20,000 nucleotides of DNA. Source: Chiloscyllium plagiosum. Lineage: Eukaryota. Every line of letters begins with the position of its first letter. Position 1 is the stretch's first letter. Both the position numbers and the translations under genes were made by a program. Below are positions 1-11,079 of this stretch, piece after piece. Under the pieces are notes generated by a model. That model was not told where the DNA came from, made no database searches, and saw only the letters and a list, made by a program, of their open reading frames with translations. The DNA is taken from the NCBI RefSeq assembly GCF_004010195.1, contig NC_057749.1:17694002-17714001 (forward strand). Direction: 5' to 3'.

Positions 1-455
1 ATGGAAATAGACCCTTCGGTTCAACCCGTCCATGCCGACCCGATATCCCAACCCAATCTAGTCCCACCTGCCAGTACTTGGCCCATATCCCTCCAAACCT
101 CTCCTATTCATATACCCATCCAAATGCCTCTTAAATGTTGCAATTGTACCAGCCTCCACCACTTCCTCTGGCAGCTCATTCAATACGCGTACCACCCTCT
201 GTGTGAAAAAGTTGTCCCTTAGGTCTCCTTTATATCTTTCCCCTCTCACCCTAAACCTATGCCCTCAAGTTCTGGACTCTCCGACCCCAGGGAAAATACT
301 TTGTCTATTTACCCTATCCATGCCCCTCATAATTTTGTAAACCTGCAACATGACCTCCCAATTCCTGTACTCAATACTCTGACCAATAAAGGAAAGCATA
401 CCAAACCCTTCTTCACTACCCTATCTACCTGCAACTCCACTTTCAAGGAGCTATG
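1..455 (-). mobile_element. CR1-clade LINE 3' fragment (ORF2 C-terminus + 3' UTR), internally deleted near 343, running off the window start
   Basis: Minus ORF 58..249 reads NFFTQRVVRVLNELPEEVVEAGTIATFKRHLDGYM, the typical CR1 ORF2 C-terminus. The 343-455 part resembles upstream ORF2 sequence (LKVELQVDRVVKK). Confidence 0.9.
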
Positions 456-1411
456 TTCAGTTTGGTCTGGCTGGATTTGCACCATTTCCAGGGACACAGG
501 AGTCTGAGTACATAATCTGTTTGGATATTCTAATTCAGTATTGTGAGACATTCAGGGGAGATCTCAAACCAAGGTCAGCATTTGCCTGTTCAGGCTGATG
601 TTGGAAGGCCCTGGATGTCAGGGAGAATACAGCCCAGGCTGTTTCCCTTACGCGACCGTGTGAGATCTTGCTATGCACTGATTGGCTGCTGGGCTTGACT
701 ACATACAGAAAGTTTTATGGCTCAATAACTCGGTTCATAAGGGCGCTATGTGCGTGCAGTTACTTTTTTTTTCTTGGCCTGGCGTGCTATGTGGGAGCTG
801 GAAGTCAGTTTATCTTCACTACAGTTTGTATCTCTGCTACAAATCCCCTCCCACACTAGTTCCCCAATACTGTCCAACACAATCCCACCCTCCACCCTCT
901 ACCACCCCCAACTCATTAACCGTAGTCGTGTTTTTGGTCTGCGTTGCTATTTGTCCTAGTTTTCAGGATGAAGGTTGAAGTTGTAGACTGAAGTTGCCTT
1001 GAGGCATGTCCGATGTATTGAATGCTTCCATCTAAAGTGGCTTTTCTTCCTCTTGCTTTATTTAACTTACATCACTTTTTAACATGTTAAACTTCCAGAG
1101 TGCGTTTTAAATTCTAAAGCACCTCATCCATTTTCTGCGCATGAAAGAAGTAGTTAGCCTGCAGGCTACAATGTAGAATATGTAACCACATGGTTACAGC
1201 AGAAACTGCATTGTCCTTCATTTCTTTCCTGGGAACCTTAAGTTTTTAAGGTCCTATTCAAAAGCTACAAAAGAAATGGTGTGCTTAGAAGGAACGACAA
1301 GAAAAGCTAACAAAGACATTTTCAAAATCGAGTCCTGCATTTTCTGTCTCAATTAATTTAATCTCAAAGATTTTCTGAGTAAGTGATTTGTAATGAGATA
1401 GTTGGCTAATT

Positions 1412-1857
1412 CAGGATAAGGGGGCATTCATATGACTCTAGACATTAAGAGGCATCTGGATGGGTATATGAATAGGAAGGGTTTGGAGGGATATGGGCTG
1501 GGTGCTGGCAGGTGGGACTAGATTGGGTTGGGATATCTGGTCGGCACGGATGGGTTGGACCTAAGGGTCTGTTCCATGCTGTGCATCCCTATCACTCTAT
1601 GACTCTATTTAAGGTGAGAGGTGGAAAGTTCAGAGGAGCGTGGTAGGTGCCTGAAAATTACTGCCCGGGTTGGTGTTAGAGGCAGATACGATCGGATCAT
1701 TTAAGAAACTTTGAGATAAGCACATGAATATATAAGGAATGGAGGGATATGGACCAAGGGCAGGCAGAAGGGATTAGTTCAATTTGGCATTATGTTTGTC
1801 ATGACATCATGGGCTGAGGGGCCCATTCCTGTGCTGTACAGTTCTATGTTGTATATG
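1412..1857 (+). mobile_element. Older CR1 3' fragment (1412-1427 + 1609-1857) interrupted by a younger CR1 tail
   Basis: AGGGGGCAT...TTAAGGTGAGAGG is normally near-contiguous in CR1 ORF2 and is split here. It continues through a decayed 3' UTR ending CCTGTGCTGTACAGTTCTATG. Confidence 0.75.
1441..1608 (+). mobile_element. 5'-truncated CR1 tail of the same subfamily as 1-140, in inverted orientation
   Basis: Closely matches the reverse complement of 1-140 (GGATGGGTATATGAATAGG...GGTGGGACTAGATTGGGTTGGGATATC). Ends in a CTCTATGACTCTAT tail. Confidence 0.88.
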
Positions 1858-2531
1858 CACTCTGCGTGATGTAAGCTTGTTTTATGACTGAGAGCATTAC
1901 CACAGCTCACTGAGCTACATTCCTCTGCCTCTGGCAGTGTTTGTGTGAGATAATAATTTATCAGGAGTTTAAGAGTGCATGGGTTATAGGTGAGCTATTC
2001 AGTCAATATTTGTCTTTGTACTAAACAGATTTTGCTTACATTGGCTATTTCTGGGGCTTTGATAAGTATTAAGAGAGTAATGCTCTGTCAGGGTAAAGCT
2101 CACTGACCTTACAGTTCCATGTGGAAACTCCAAGTTTGTTTTGTGTGATTCTTTTTTTACTGTTAATAAGTAGTCATCTGAAATACTTCGGCCCACAATG
2201 AAGGAGTTTTGCAACAGAACTGTTCAATTGATGGGGTTAGTGAGAGGTCACTTAACTGCTATGGTGTGCACCAGGAAGGGTATGACACCATTACCCTAGC
2301 CCACAGTCATAAAACCTGCAACCACCTAGAATCCCACTCAGCCCAATTGAATGCTCAGATTCCCAAAGTCTTCAGCATGTTTCCCAGACCTGGAGGCCCA
2401 CCTCCCAGTCCTCCATCAGACACTGCAGAAGCTGTAACTCGCAGAGTCAGAGAAGATGGTCACCTCAAAGTCACAAGCACCAGCCTCTTTCTCCCCATCA
2501 CCAACATTATTGGCTTCATGAGAAACAAAGG

Positions 2532-3384
2532 TAGAGTCATACAGCATGGAAATAGACCTTTCAATCCAACTCATTCATGCCGACCAGATTTCCCAAACTG
2601 AACTAATCCCATTTGCCATAGAAGGGCATATCCCTCTAAAACTGTTTCTATCCATGTGCCTGCCCAAAAGTCTTTTAAATGTTGTAACTTACCTGCACCT
2701 ACGGCTTCTTCTGACAGTTCATTCCACATATAACCACTCTCTGTGTGAACAAGTTGCCTCTCAGTTCCCTTTTAAATCTTTCCCCTCTCACCTTAAATCT
2801 ATGCCCTCTAGTCTTGAACTCCCCTACCCTAGGCAAAAGACCTTGACTATTTACCCTATGCATGTCCCTCCTGATTTTATAAACCTTTCAACCTCCTATG
2901 CTCCGGGGAAAAAGTTGCAGCCAATCCAGCTTCTCCTTATAAATCAAACCCTCCAGTCTCGGCAATATCCTTGGAAATCTTTTTTACACCCTTTCCAGTT
3001 TAATAATATCCTTCCAAAATTCCTGTATGCAGTACTCCAAATGTGGCCTCACCGATGTCCTGTACAGCTGCAAGTTGATGTCCAAAACACAGGGCTCTGA
3101 CTGATGAAGGCAAGCATGCCCAATGCATTCTTCACCATCCTGTCTATCTGTGACACAACATGCTAGGAACTATGTACGTGCATCCCAAGGTCACTTTTTG
3201 CAACAACACTCCTCAGTGCCCTACCATTACCTTGTAAGCCCTATCCTGGTTTGTCTTACCCAAATGCAACACCTCTCATTTATTCAAATTAAACTCCATC
3301 TGCTGTCCCTCTGCCCATTGGTCCAGCTGATTAAAATCCTGTTATACTCTTAGATAAGCTTTTGCATTGTCCACAATACTATCA
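2532..3384 (-). mobile_element. Degenerate CR1 LINE 3' fragment
   Basis: Begins TAGAGTCATACAGCATGGAAATAGACC (reverse-complemented tail, similar to 1-60) and parallels the 1-455 copy. No intact minus-strand ORF. Confidence 0.85.
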
Positions 3385-3599
3385 TCTCAGGAGCCTAGTC
3401 ATCTTCCAGAACCTTCCTCCTGAGTGTAGGAGACTAACTGACCACTGCCACCCTTATGCCTTAAGAAACTTGAATTCAATTCCGACTTCCAGAATGCTCT
3501 GGAAAACTCCACAGCTTTTCTTTCATCGCTATTTGATTTTCTGGAGGAAGCATCATTGGTGCCTGCCTTAACTAAATGCCTGCTAGGTGACTAATCCCG

Positions 3600-3757
3600 A
3601 ATAATTACAATCATCTTCTTTTGTGCACACTATGTCTCCTGATTTTATTGATGTTCTCCCTTCACCTGATTGCCATTGACACTGGTTTTGCTCAGGCTCC
3701 GCGATGCCACACTCGGCCAGATGCAGCCTGGATGTCAAGGGTAGTCACTCACACCTC
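3600..3757 (-). mobile_element. Old non-LTR retrotransposon RT-domain fragment (CR1/L2 group)
   Basis: Minus strand reads EV*VTTLDIQAASGRVWHRGA, a decayed form of the RT motif ALDIKAAFDRVWH. Confidence 0.7.
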
Positions 3758-3954
3758 GCAATAGCAGGAATTATTTGACTGCTGCATTTAGCATCAAGTA
3801 CAATTTTTAATTGCTAAACTGCACTTTTTTTTTCTCACTTTTAACAAGGAATCAAAATTGAATGAGCACTTGGAAGCAAAAAGATTGATTCCCTGTCCCA
3901 GCCAATAACACATCAAAACATATAAGAAAGAAAATCAAAAAATCCTCAAAATGG

Positions 3955-4270
3955 GAGACAGAGCAGTAGTAGTGATGACAGTAAAATTCTTACTGCAGTG
4001 GCCCAGTGGGAACAAATCCCATTACAGAAGCTGGTGGGATTTACATTCTGTGAATAAATTTGGAGTTGAAAGCTCATCTTGCTAATGGTGACCATGACAA
4101 CTATTGTCAATTATCATATAAATCTCATCTTGTTCTTTAGAGAAGGAAATATGCTGTCCATTCAGGTCTGGGCCTACATGTGACTCCAGACCCACAGCAA
4201 AATGTGGTTGACTCTTAACTGCCCACTGAAAACACCTCTCAGTTAAAGGGCAATTAGCGATGGATAACTA
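3955..4270 (+). mobile_element. Decayed tRNA-derived SINE, same family as 16140-16269/17615-17862
   Basis: Shares GGCCTACATG(T/C)GACTCCAGACCCAC, TGTGGTTGACT(C/T)TTAACTGCCC and GGGCAATTAG blocks with 17740-17805. Confidence 0.8.
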
Positions 4271-4943
4271 GGGGCAGTATAATGACTCAATGCATAAGTC
4301 TGCAATTTTGGGAGATATTTTATGCATTTACTGCAAAGTAGTTCTTGTCTATGCAGGTTGATAATGACGCCATCCTAGTACAATATCAGCATTTCATTTC
4401 CAAGTGCTACATAAACTCATGTAGACATTTGACATGATAAACTTCAAGATAGTGGAGGAATGAAGGTAGCTGAGACTAGGCGACATCTCCTGACAGTGCA
4501 CACACTGGACATTTCTCCCTGCACCAACAGACTCTTATTAATGACATGAAGCCAGAATGGGCAAATGGAGTTGAGGCAGAGATTGGCGATAGTTTGAACA
4601 AGGAACACCTTTGAGGCATTGAGTGGTCATTTCCGGTTCCCGTGTTTCATCACTGAGTGAAAAAGTTGTGGCAATGCCTCGGTAAATCGCTATCTGATTT
4701 CACACAGTGCCCATTCCCTTTAACCATCAATAAACCATCATTAATTCACCATCGTCAAGTTGTGACCACTTATAGTCATTGAGTAAAGTGGGGAGTAAAG
4801 GGTTGGTGGCACAGTCAACTCAATGCCTCAAAGATGCTTCTATAGCTGATCTCTGCCTCAACTCCATTCGTCCATCCAGGCTTCATATCCTTAACAAGAA
4901 TTTAACATTATTTTGATGTGCTTCCATTAGAACCTCCATTGGA

Positions 4944-5239
4944 TGCCACGGTGGCTCATTGGTTAGCACTGCTGCCTCACAGTGCCAGGGACTCAGGTTC
5001 AATTTCACCCTTGAGTGACTGTCTGTGTGGAGTTTGCACATTCTCCCTGTGTCTGCATGGGTTTCCTCTGAATGCTACAGTTTCCTCCCACAGTCCAAAG
5101 ATGTGCGGTTAGGTGGATTGACCATGGGAAATGTGGGGTTACAGGAATAGGGTGGGGGTAGGTAGGATGCTCTTTGGAGGGCCAGTGTGGATATAATGGG
5201 CCAAATGGCCTGCTTCCACACTGTAGAGGTTCTATGATT
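4944..5239 (+). mobile_element. HE1-type SINE (V-SINE superfamily; tRNA head, CR1-derived tail)
   Basis: A box TGGCTCATTGG, B box GGTTCAATTTC, core TGTGTGGAGTTTGCACATTCTCCC, CR1-like tail CCACACTGTAG...TTCTATGATT. Similar to 14167-14490. Confidence 0.92.
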
Positions 5240-5569
5240 TACAATGGGACCTGCCTATGTAAACATGTCACATGGACAGGACCACATTAAGCAGATAAAT
5301 TAGTCTTTACTGAATGTGGCTATAGGATCAAAGCCTGGGTATATCTATGATCTCTGTGTGCAGCAGAATCTAGGTATTAATATCTAATAAATAGGGATAC
5401 GGTGATGTCTAAGCCTGAATGACTTTGGCATTTCCTCAATCAGTCTGTAAATAACCCAAACTCATGGTGTGGCAACAACACTCACAGTGAAAGAGGAACG
5501 AGCTTTGACTAATCCAAGAAAACAGTGGCACAATGCAGAAAAAAATTTCACTGCATCGATCAATATGAT

Positions 5570-5800
5570 ACAACAACAACTTGCATTTGTAAGTCGCCTT
5601 TGATCAGGTGAAACATTCGCAGCGATTTGTATACCAAGCTAGGGAAGGCACCATTAGGAGGGAGGACCAAACATCTCTTTGGGAGCAGATTTAAGGAGGA
5701 CCTGGAAGAGAAAGGGGAGTGTTGTCAAAGGTTTCAGGGAGGGAAGTTCAACACTCACTGAGACCAATAATGGGGTGAAAGGGTGGCAGACTGCAGTCAG
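5570..5800 (-). mobile_element. Decayed L2 LINE 3' end
   Basis: ACAACAACAACTTGCATTTGTAAGTCGCCTTT is the reverse complement of an L2-type tail (AAAGGCG..ATAAATGCAAGTTGTTGTTG); compare 14608-14636. Confidence 0.65.
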
Positions 5801-5898
5801 AGATTACTGGAGTGGACGTTAAAGTTTTATTGGTAAATGATTTAAAGTTTATGCAGGATAAAATTACGCTGATAGTTACATTTCTAAAACGTTTCCAG

Positions 5899-5992
5899 GC
5901 TTAAAACACCACGAGCCCGAGACATGCTTGATGCTGGAGTGATTGTTGCTCTTGGTAGTGACTTTAATCCCAATGCATACTGTTGCTCGATG
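5899..5992 (+). CDS. AMDHD1: Internal coding exon of imidazolonepropionase (amidohydrolase domain-containing 1, HutI family), probably equivalent to human exon 7
   Basis: Acceptor TTTCCAG|G at 5898/5899 and donor ATG|GTAAGT at 5992/5993; 94 bp, phase 2 to phase 0. Translates (R)LKTPRARDMLDAGVIVALGSDFNPNAYCCSM, matching my recollection of human AMDHD1 RLKQPRARKMLDEGVIVALGSDFNPNAYCFSM, including the HutI SDFNP motif. Confidence 0.95.
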
Positions 5993-6133
5993 GTAAGTAA
6001 ATCCATTCTGTCATTGTTTCATCCAGTGCCTCTGGAAGAAAAGGAACGATGTATTTGGTGGAGAGGACAGTTGAGCTCATTGCTTTGATCTGGAGCCTTC
6101 GAAATGAAAGGTCCCTTGTTTATCCAGCATTTT

Positions 6134-6613
6134 TTTTACAACATTGGGGAAGTATTTGTGTACTTTTACAACATTGGGGAAGTATTTGTGTACTTTTACA
6201 ACATTGGGGAAGTATTTGTGTACTTTTACAACATTGGGGAAGTATTTGTGTACTTTTACAACATTGGGGAAGTATTTGTGTACTTTTACAACATTGGGGA
6301 AGTATTTGTGTACTTTTACAACATTGGGGAAGTATTTGTGTACTTTTACAACATTGGGGAAGTATTTGTGTACTTTTACAACATTGGGGAAGTATTTGTG
6401 TACTTTTACAACATTGGGGAAGTATTTGTGTACTTTTACAACATTGGGGAAGTATTTGTGTACTTTTACAACATTGGGGAAGTATTTGTGTACTTTTACA
6501 ACATTGGGGAAGTATTTGTGTACTTTTACAACATTGGGGAAGTATTTGTGTACTTTTACAACATTGGGGAAGTATTTGTGTACTTTTACAACTTTGGGGA
6601 AGTATTTGTGAAC
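6134..6613. repeat. 30-bp minisatellite (TTTTACAACATTGGGGAAGTATTTGTGTAC), 16 units
   Basis: 15 identical units (6134-6583) plus a final unit with 2 substitutions (6584-6613). No spacers. Confidence 0.98.
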
Positions 6614-6965
6614 TTTTGAAGTGTACCCAAATGCCAAACAGACACTTTTCACAAGCAAAAAGCTTTCTGAAAATGCAAGTTGTTACAAACAACTCCCATG
6701 TGAAGTTCTCCAAGTTAGAATATTTTCAGACAGAAATATTCCAAATCGTTAAGTTCCAGGGTGAGGAGGAATGGACTGAGTCCCACTGCTCCCTCAGTTT
6801 GTGACAGTAAGGTTCGTTTTAAAAGGATTCCTCTGTTGTGAACGCCTTTTACCCAGACCAAATTATGTTTCAAAAAGAGCCAAATTAGCTGGGCTTTACT
6901 TGAATTAACAAAAATGTGAGTTTATTAGTTTCTACATGTGGGAAGTATTAATAATATATTGGGAA

Positions 6966-7158
6966 TATGATGTGGAGGTGCCGGTGTTGGACTGAGGTGG
7001 ACTAAGTCAGAAGCCACACAACACTGGGTTATAGTCCAACAGGTTTAATTAAAATCACAAGCTTTCACAACAATGCCCTTTAATCAGGTGGAACTTCACC
7101 TGACGAAGGAGCAGCGCTCCAAAACCTTGGACTATAACCTGGTTTCGTGTAACTCCTG
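6966..7158. mobile_element. Short palindromic Penelope-derived non-autonomous element with decayed hammerhead cores
   Basis: 10-bp TSD ATATTGGGAA at 6956-6965 and 7159-7168. Inverted arms GGTTATAGTCCAA / TTGGACTATAACC around a TCAGGTG-GAACTT-CACCTGA centre. CTGACGA-A-GGAGC-AGC-GCTCC-AAAA at 7100-7124. Confidence 0.8.
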
Positions 7159-7464
7159 ATATTGGGAAGAAAAAGTGGGTCCAAAGAAAAGGTAAAATTT
7201 AAAGGTTATAAGCAGATAATCTCTCTGGATAGTTCAGGAAAAGTAGACAGTGGAACATGGATAGCGGAACAGTTAAACAGCCATTTTTGGGATTTTAGTT
7301 TTTGCAGGTTAGTTGATATCCTTTTGACCTGTTTCCTTTCGATGGTAACTGGTTAGCAGCACTTCAGAGCAAGAGAGCCCTTCTGTCTTTTGTTTCATTC
7401 TGACTGGCTTCTCACTTAATTGGCTTCTAGCATGTAGAGTGACAGATTCATAGATCAAAACATT

Positions 7465-7773
7465 TGAGATCCAGACAGTACAGCAGAGGTTCTTCAGCCC
7501 ATCAAGTCTGTGTGCCACCAAAATGACACTAAATCTACCCTCATCCCACTTTACAGCACTTGGCCAATGCCTTGAATGTTATAGCATTTCAGGTGCTCCT
7601 CCGTGTAATTTTTAAAAGTTGTTAGGTTTCCCACCTCAACTACTCTCCCAAACAGTGCATTCCAGATTCACATCACCCTCTGGATGAAAAAATAGTTTCC
7701 TCAAATCCTCTCTAAACCTTCACTTTAAAATTATATCCCCTTGTTATTGACCCCTGAACTAAGGGGAAGAGCT
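7465..7773 (-). mobile_element. Decayed CR1 3' fragment
   Basis: TTCAGCCCATCAAGTCTG...CAGTGCATTCCAGATT...CACCCTCTGGATGAAAAAA resembles the reverse complement of the CR1 ORF2 end (FFxQRVxNxWNAL). Confidence 0.75.
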
Positions 7774-7775
7774 GC

Positions 7776-7866
7776 GTGTATGTGTGTGAGAGTGTGTATG
7801 TGTGTGTATGTGTGTGTGAGAGTGTGTATGTGTGTGAGTGTGTATGAGAGTGTGTATATGTGTGTG
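7776..7866. repeat. Compound (TG)n microsatellite with TA/AG interruptions
   Basis: GTGTATGTGTGTGAGAGTGTGTATG... read directly from the sequence. Confidence 0.95.
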
Positions 7867-8595
7867 GTTATTTGGGGTATAGAAGGTGGCCAGCAATAAC
7901 TGGACTGTCCTACACTAACAGCTGGTATGGAGGCTTATAAAAGGAAGCCAGGAGAAAGCATTGTGAAAGAAAATTAAAAATAGTGATGGAATGAAGAAAT
8001 TCTTACTTCTATATTAGTGAGAAATTGAGCAGGAAAGAACAGCTCTTGGACTGCATTCAAGACATCCCTCATTTATTCCATTATGATTATATTTTTATTC
8101 AAGTGTAGATGAAATAACAGAGACTGTGAAGCAGCATAGCAAACAGTCCAAATACAAACAACTCCATAATATAATAAAAAGTATTCTATTAAATTCAGAG
8201 AACTCTTTTATAACTGTAATATATAAGAAAGAAATAGCAACAGTGCATTATAGACTCTAATATTCTTTTGCAAAGTAGACTATATTGATTGGAGACTGTT
8301 CTCAGCATTACTGTACATGCCTAACGTTATTAGCAATGATTGATTTCAAAGAAATTGTATGATACCAAAGAAAATCTGAATTTTAAAACAAGTCAGGAAT
8401 CTAGAAATTAGTCTGCAGAATTCTCTGGAATATAAGTTCATGCGGCATTTGGCCCAAAACAGCCCCTAACCCACTTTGAGATTGAACCCTGACCTTCAGT
8501 TTTGTCAGAGGCCGGAAGCTTTTTGTCCCATTCACCATCTGAAGAATTGAATATCAGACTGCTTTCCTCACCTGCATGAAGGCATATTGTGTATA

Positions 8596-8854
8596 TTTTT
8601 AAGGTGAGAGGCGAAAGATTTAAACACGACATGAGTCACAATGTGGTTCGTGTGTGGAATGAACTGCCAGACGATGTGGGTACAGTTACTCCATTTAAAA
8701 GACATTTTGATAAGTACATGAATAAGAAATATTTGGATGGATATGGGCCAAGCGCAGGTAGGTTGGACTAATGTACTCTGGCATTATGGTTGGCATGGAC
8801 GGGTTGGGGCCAAAGGGTCTGTTTCCGTGCTGCATTCTATGATTCTGTGACTCT
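8596..8854 (+). mobile_element. CR1 3' fragment
   Basis: ORF 8589..8771 reads FKVRGERFK...VVRVWNELP...FKRHFDKYM. The 3' UTR ends TTCTATGATTCTGTGACTCT. Confidence 0.88.
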
Positions 8855-8919
8855 CTGGGTATAATGGTGGTGGGGGATATTGAGTTGCCACATTTTTACA
8901 TTGATCACCTTCAAAGATA

Positions 8920-9183
8920 CTCAGGGGAAGTGAGGACTGCAGATGCTGGAGATCAGAGCTGAAAATGTGCTGCTGGAAAAGCGCAGCAGGTCAGGCAGCA
9001 TCCAAGGAACAGGAGAATCGACGTTTCGGGCATGAGCCCTTCTTCAGGAATGAGGAGGGTGTGCCAAGCAGGCTAAGATAAAAGGTAGGGAGGAGGGACT
9101 TGGGGGAGGGGCGTTGGGAATGGCGGAAGATGAGGCGCTCTTCCTCCAGCCGTCGTGTTGCTATGGTCTGGCGATGGAGGAGT
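8920..9183 (-). mobile_element. Penelope-derived terminal fragment with an intact hammerhead core on the minus strand
   Basis: 12-bp TSD CCTTCAAAGATA at 8908-8919 and 9184-9195. Terminus AAGTGAGGACTGCAG(A/G)TGCTGGAGATCAGAG shared with the 11018 and 17890 elements. Confidence 0.82.
9020..9047 (-). ncRNA. Minimal hammerhead ribozyme core motif (predicted)
   Basis: Minus strand reads CUGAAGA-A-GGGC-UCAU-GCCC-GAAA-CG-UC: catalytic core, 4-bp stem II, palindromic ACGU in place of stem III, GUC cleavage triplet. Stem I is weak. Confidence 0.7.
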
Positions 9184-9345
9184 CCTTCAAAGATAACTTA
9201 TTGAAGTGGTTCAGGAGATCCTGCAGTCATTAAGAGTGCTCTGTAAGATCCAGGCTCATTCTTCAACCTGGTCCTGATGGAGGTCACCTTGTGAATCACC
9301 ATTTTGGATTAAGAACCTCTCTTTCTGTTAGGGTCATGTTGGTTT

Positions 9346-9668
9346 TCTTTTGGATGGATGTTGAACTGGGACATTGCCTACGCTCTCAGGTGGCGATTAA
9401 AGAGCCCACAGCCAGTGTTAGAAAAGGTCAGGCGATTTCTTCCTGATGCCTCGGTCAATTTTTATCCCTCAAGCAACATTGTAGGAAACAAATTAACTGG
9501 TCATTATCCCATTGCTCTTTATGGGATCTTGCTGTGTGCAAACTGACTGCTACTTTCCTGTATTGAAACGGTGATTTCATTGTAAAACCGCAACACTGGT
9601 TGTAGAGAGCTGCAGTATATCCTGGAGCCTTGAAAGATGCTATAGAAATAAAAGGTTTGTCTTTCTTT
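9346..9668 (+). mobile_element. Decayed Deu-domain SINE (SacSINE1/AmnSINE1-like) lacking its head
   Basis: CTCTCAGGTGG, TTTATCCCTCAA, CTGGTCATTATC.CATTGCT and GGGATCTTGCTGTGTGCAAA match recalled DeuSINE blocks. L2-like tail GAAAGATGCTATAGAAAT...TCTTTCTTT. Confidence 0.78.
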
Positions 9669-10205
9669 ACGGGGTCCTATTAAAAAATCAAATAAAATTT
9701 CTGCAGATGAGGCAGCAAAACTATATTTACAGAGGAGCAGGGATCACTCAGTGATCAGCATCAAGCCCTCCCTCTCTTTCTTGTAGTGACTGGTCTCTAT
9801 CAGCAGCTACTGACCCAGTTCGGGGCCACCAATGGGGACAGTATGGAACTGGCTCAAGAACTTGTGAAGTTCATTAGCCGCTGACCTTGGGAACAATGAG
9901 GGAAGACCGCAGTTACACTCATTTGTGTTACAAAGGGTGGACACACAGAGCAAACACTGAGTGTCAGAGGAAAATGCTGAAGGCTAGTGTTTCTGTGCCG
10001 CAGTCCCAAGCTCATTAAAATGTGCCTTAATAGGGAACAAGAATATGATGAAAATTGTGCATTTAATTTTGGATCTTCACACAGGTCAGTTCAGAAGTTA
10101 GTTTTATGTCATATTATTTCAGTCATTTCTCTTCCTGTCATCCTCATCCCCAGATTGACATGATGATCAGGGATCTCCTCTCGGACCCTGTGATCTGAAG
10201 TTTTT

Positions 10206-10371
10206 CATCACAGAACCCCTACAGTGAGGGAGCAGTCTATAAGTCCACACTGACCCTGCAAAGAGCATCCAACCCAATCACTGTAACCCCCCATTTCCTG
10301 TGGCTAATCCACCTAACCTGCACACCTTTGGACTGTGGGAAGGAAACCCATGCAGACACAGGGAAAATGTG
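10206..10371 (-). mobile_element. HE1-type SINE, headless fragment
   Basis: CCACCTAACCTGCACACCTTTGGACTGTGGGA...GGAAACCCATGCAGACACAGGGA is the reverse complement of the core at 5044-5120. Confidence 0.85.
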
Positions 10372-10732
10372 GCTGAAGGGTGTGGGACAGGGTGGGGTTT
10401 AATGTTTTGAACACTCCATCTAATGTCCTCTTGACAGAACATTGTAGGATCTCACTAGCAATCCACTCATCCAATAGTGCTTCAGTGGGAATTCCAGTTG
10501 TACAGGATGAGATAGAATCTATAACACAGAATAGGGCATTCGGCACATTACTTTGTGCTGATGTTTACACTCCTCCTCCCCCCCCAATCTCTCAATCGGC
10601 CTATACCTTTCTTCTTTCGTCACAATACATCAAGGTGTTTACCTGACCAGTCCCCGTGGGAACAACGTGCACACTATCGCTACTCTTCTGCTGAAGACAA
10701 TTTAGTTTAATTTCCAGCTGGCATTATTAGTG

Positions 10733-10868
10733 TTCTGAGGAAAGGTCACTCAACCTAAAACATTAACTCTGATTTTTTACGCTGCTGATGCCAGACCTGC
10801 TGAGCTTGTCCAGCAATTTCTGTTTTTGTCTCTGATGTACAGCATCCGCAGTTCTTTCGGTTTTTATT
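10733..10868 (+). mobile_element. Penelope-derived terminal fragment (distinct subfamily) with a decayed hammerhead core
   Basis: 14-bp TSD TGGCATTATTAGTG at 10719-10732 and 10869-10882. CTGAGGA-A-AGGT-CACTCA-ACCT-AAAA-CA-TT at 10735-10764. Tail CCAGACCTGCTGAG...CAGCATCCGCAGT resembles the reverse complement of the 8920 element's end. Confidence 0.78.
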
Positions 10869-11079
10869 TGGCATTATTAGTGACTGTCTTATCTTGAAGT
10901 CCTCAGTTTTACCTCCCCTCTGAGTTGGAAACTTCTTTTGCCATTTTACACAATTAAAATCCTTTGATAATTTTAGCAATCTCTTCTTGGGTTTCCTCCA
11001 GTCTACTCTTTTCCCTCGAGGAGAAAGTGAGGACTGCAGGTGCTGGAGATCAGAGCTGCAAATGTGTTGCTGGAAAAGC

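Noticed and set aside
916..1070. Possible minus-strand exon (ARGRKATLDGSIQYIGHAS...)
   Set aside because: Short, bounded by stops, no pyrimidine-rich acceptor and no recognisable protein.
2209..2601. 130-aa ORF with a proline-rich stretch
   Set aside because: No recognisable homology, non-ATG start, and it runs into an antisense CR1 fragment.
6134..6613. CRISPR array (30-bp repeats)
   Set aside because: Units are head-to-tail with no spacers, there are no cas genes, and the context is a vertebrate intron.
6049..6804. Five overlapping long ORFs with 10-aa periodic peptides
   Set aside because: By-product of a 30-bp unit lacking stops in five frames; no domain similarity or splice evidence.
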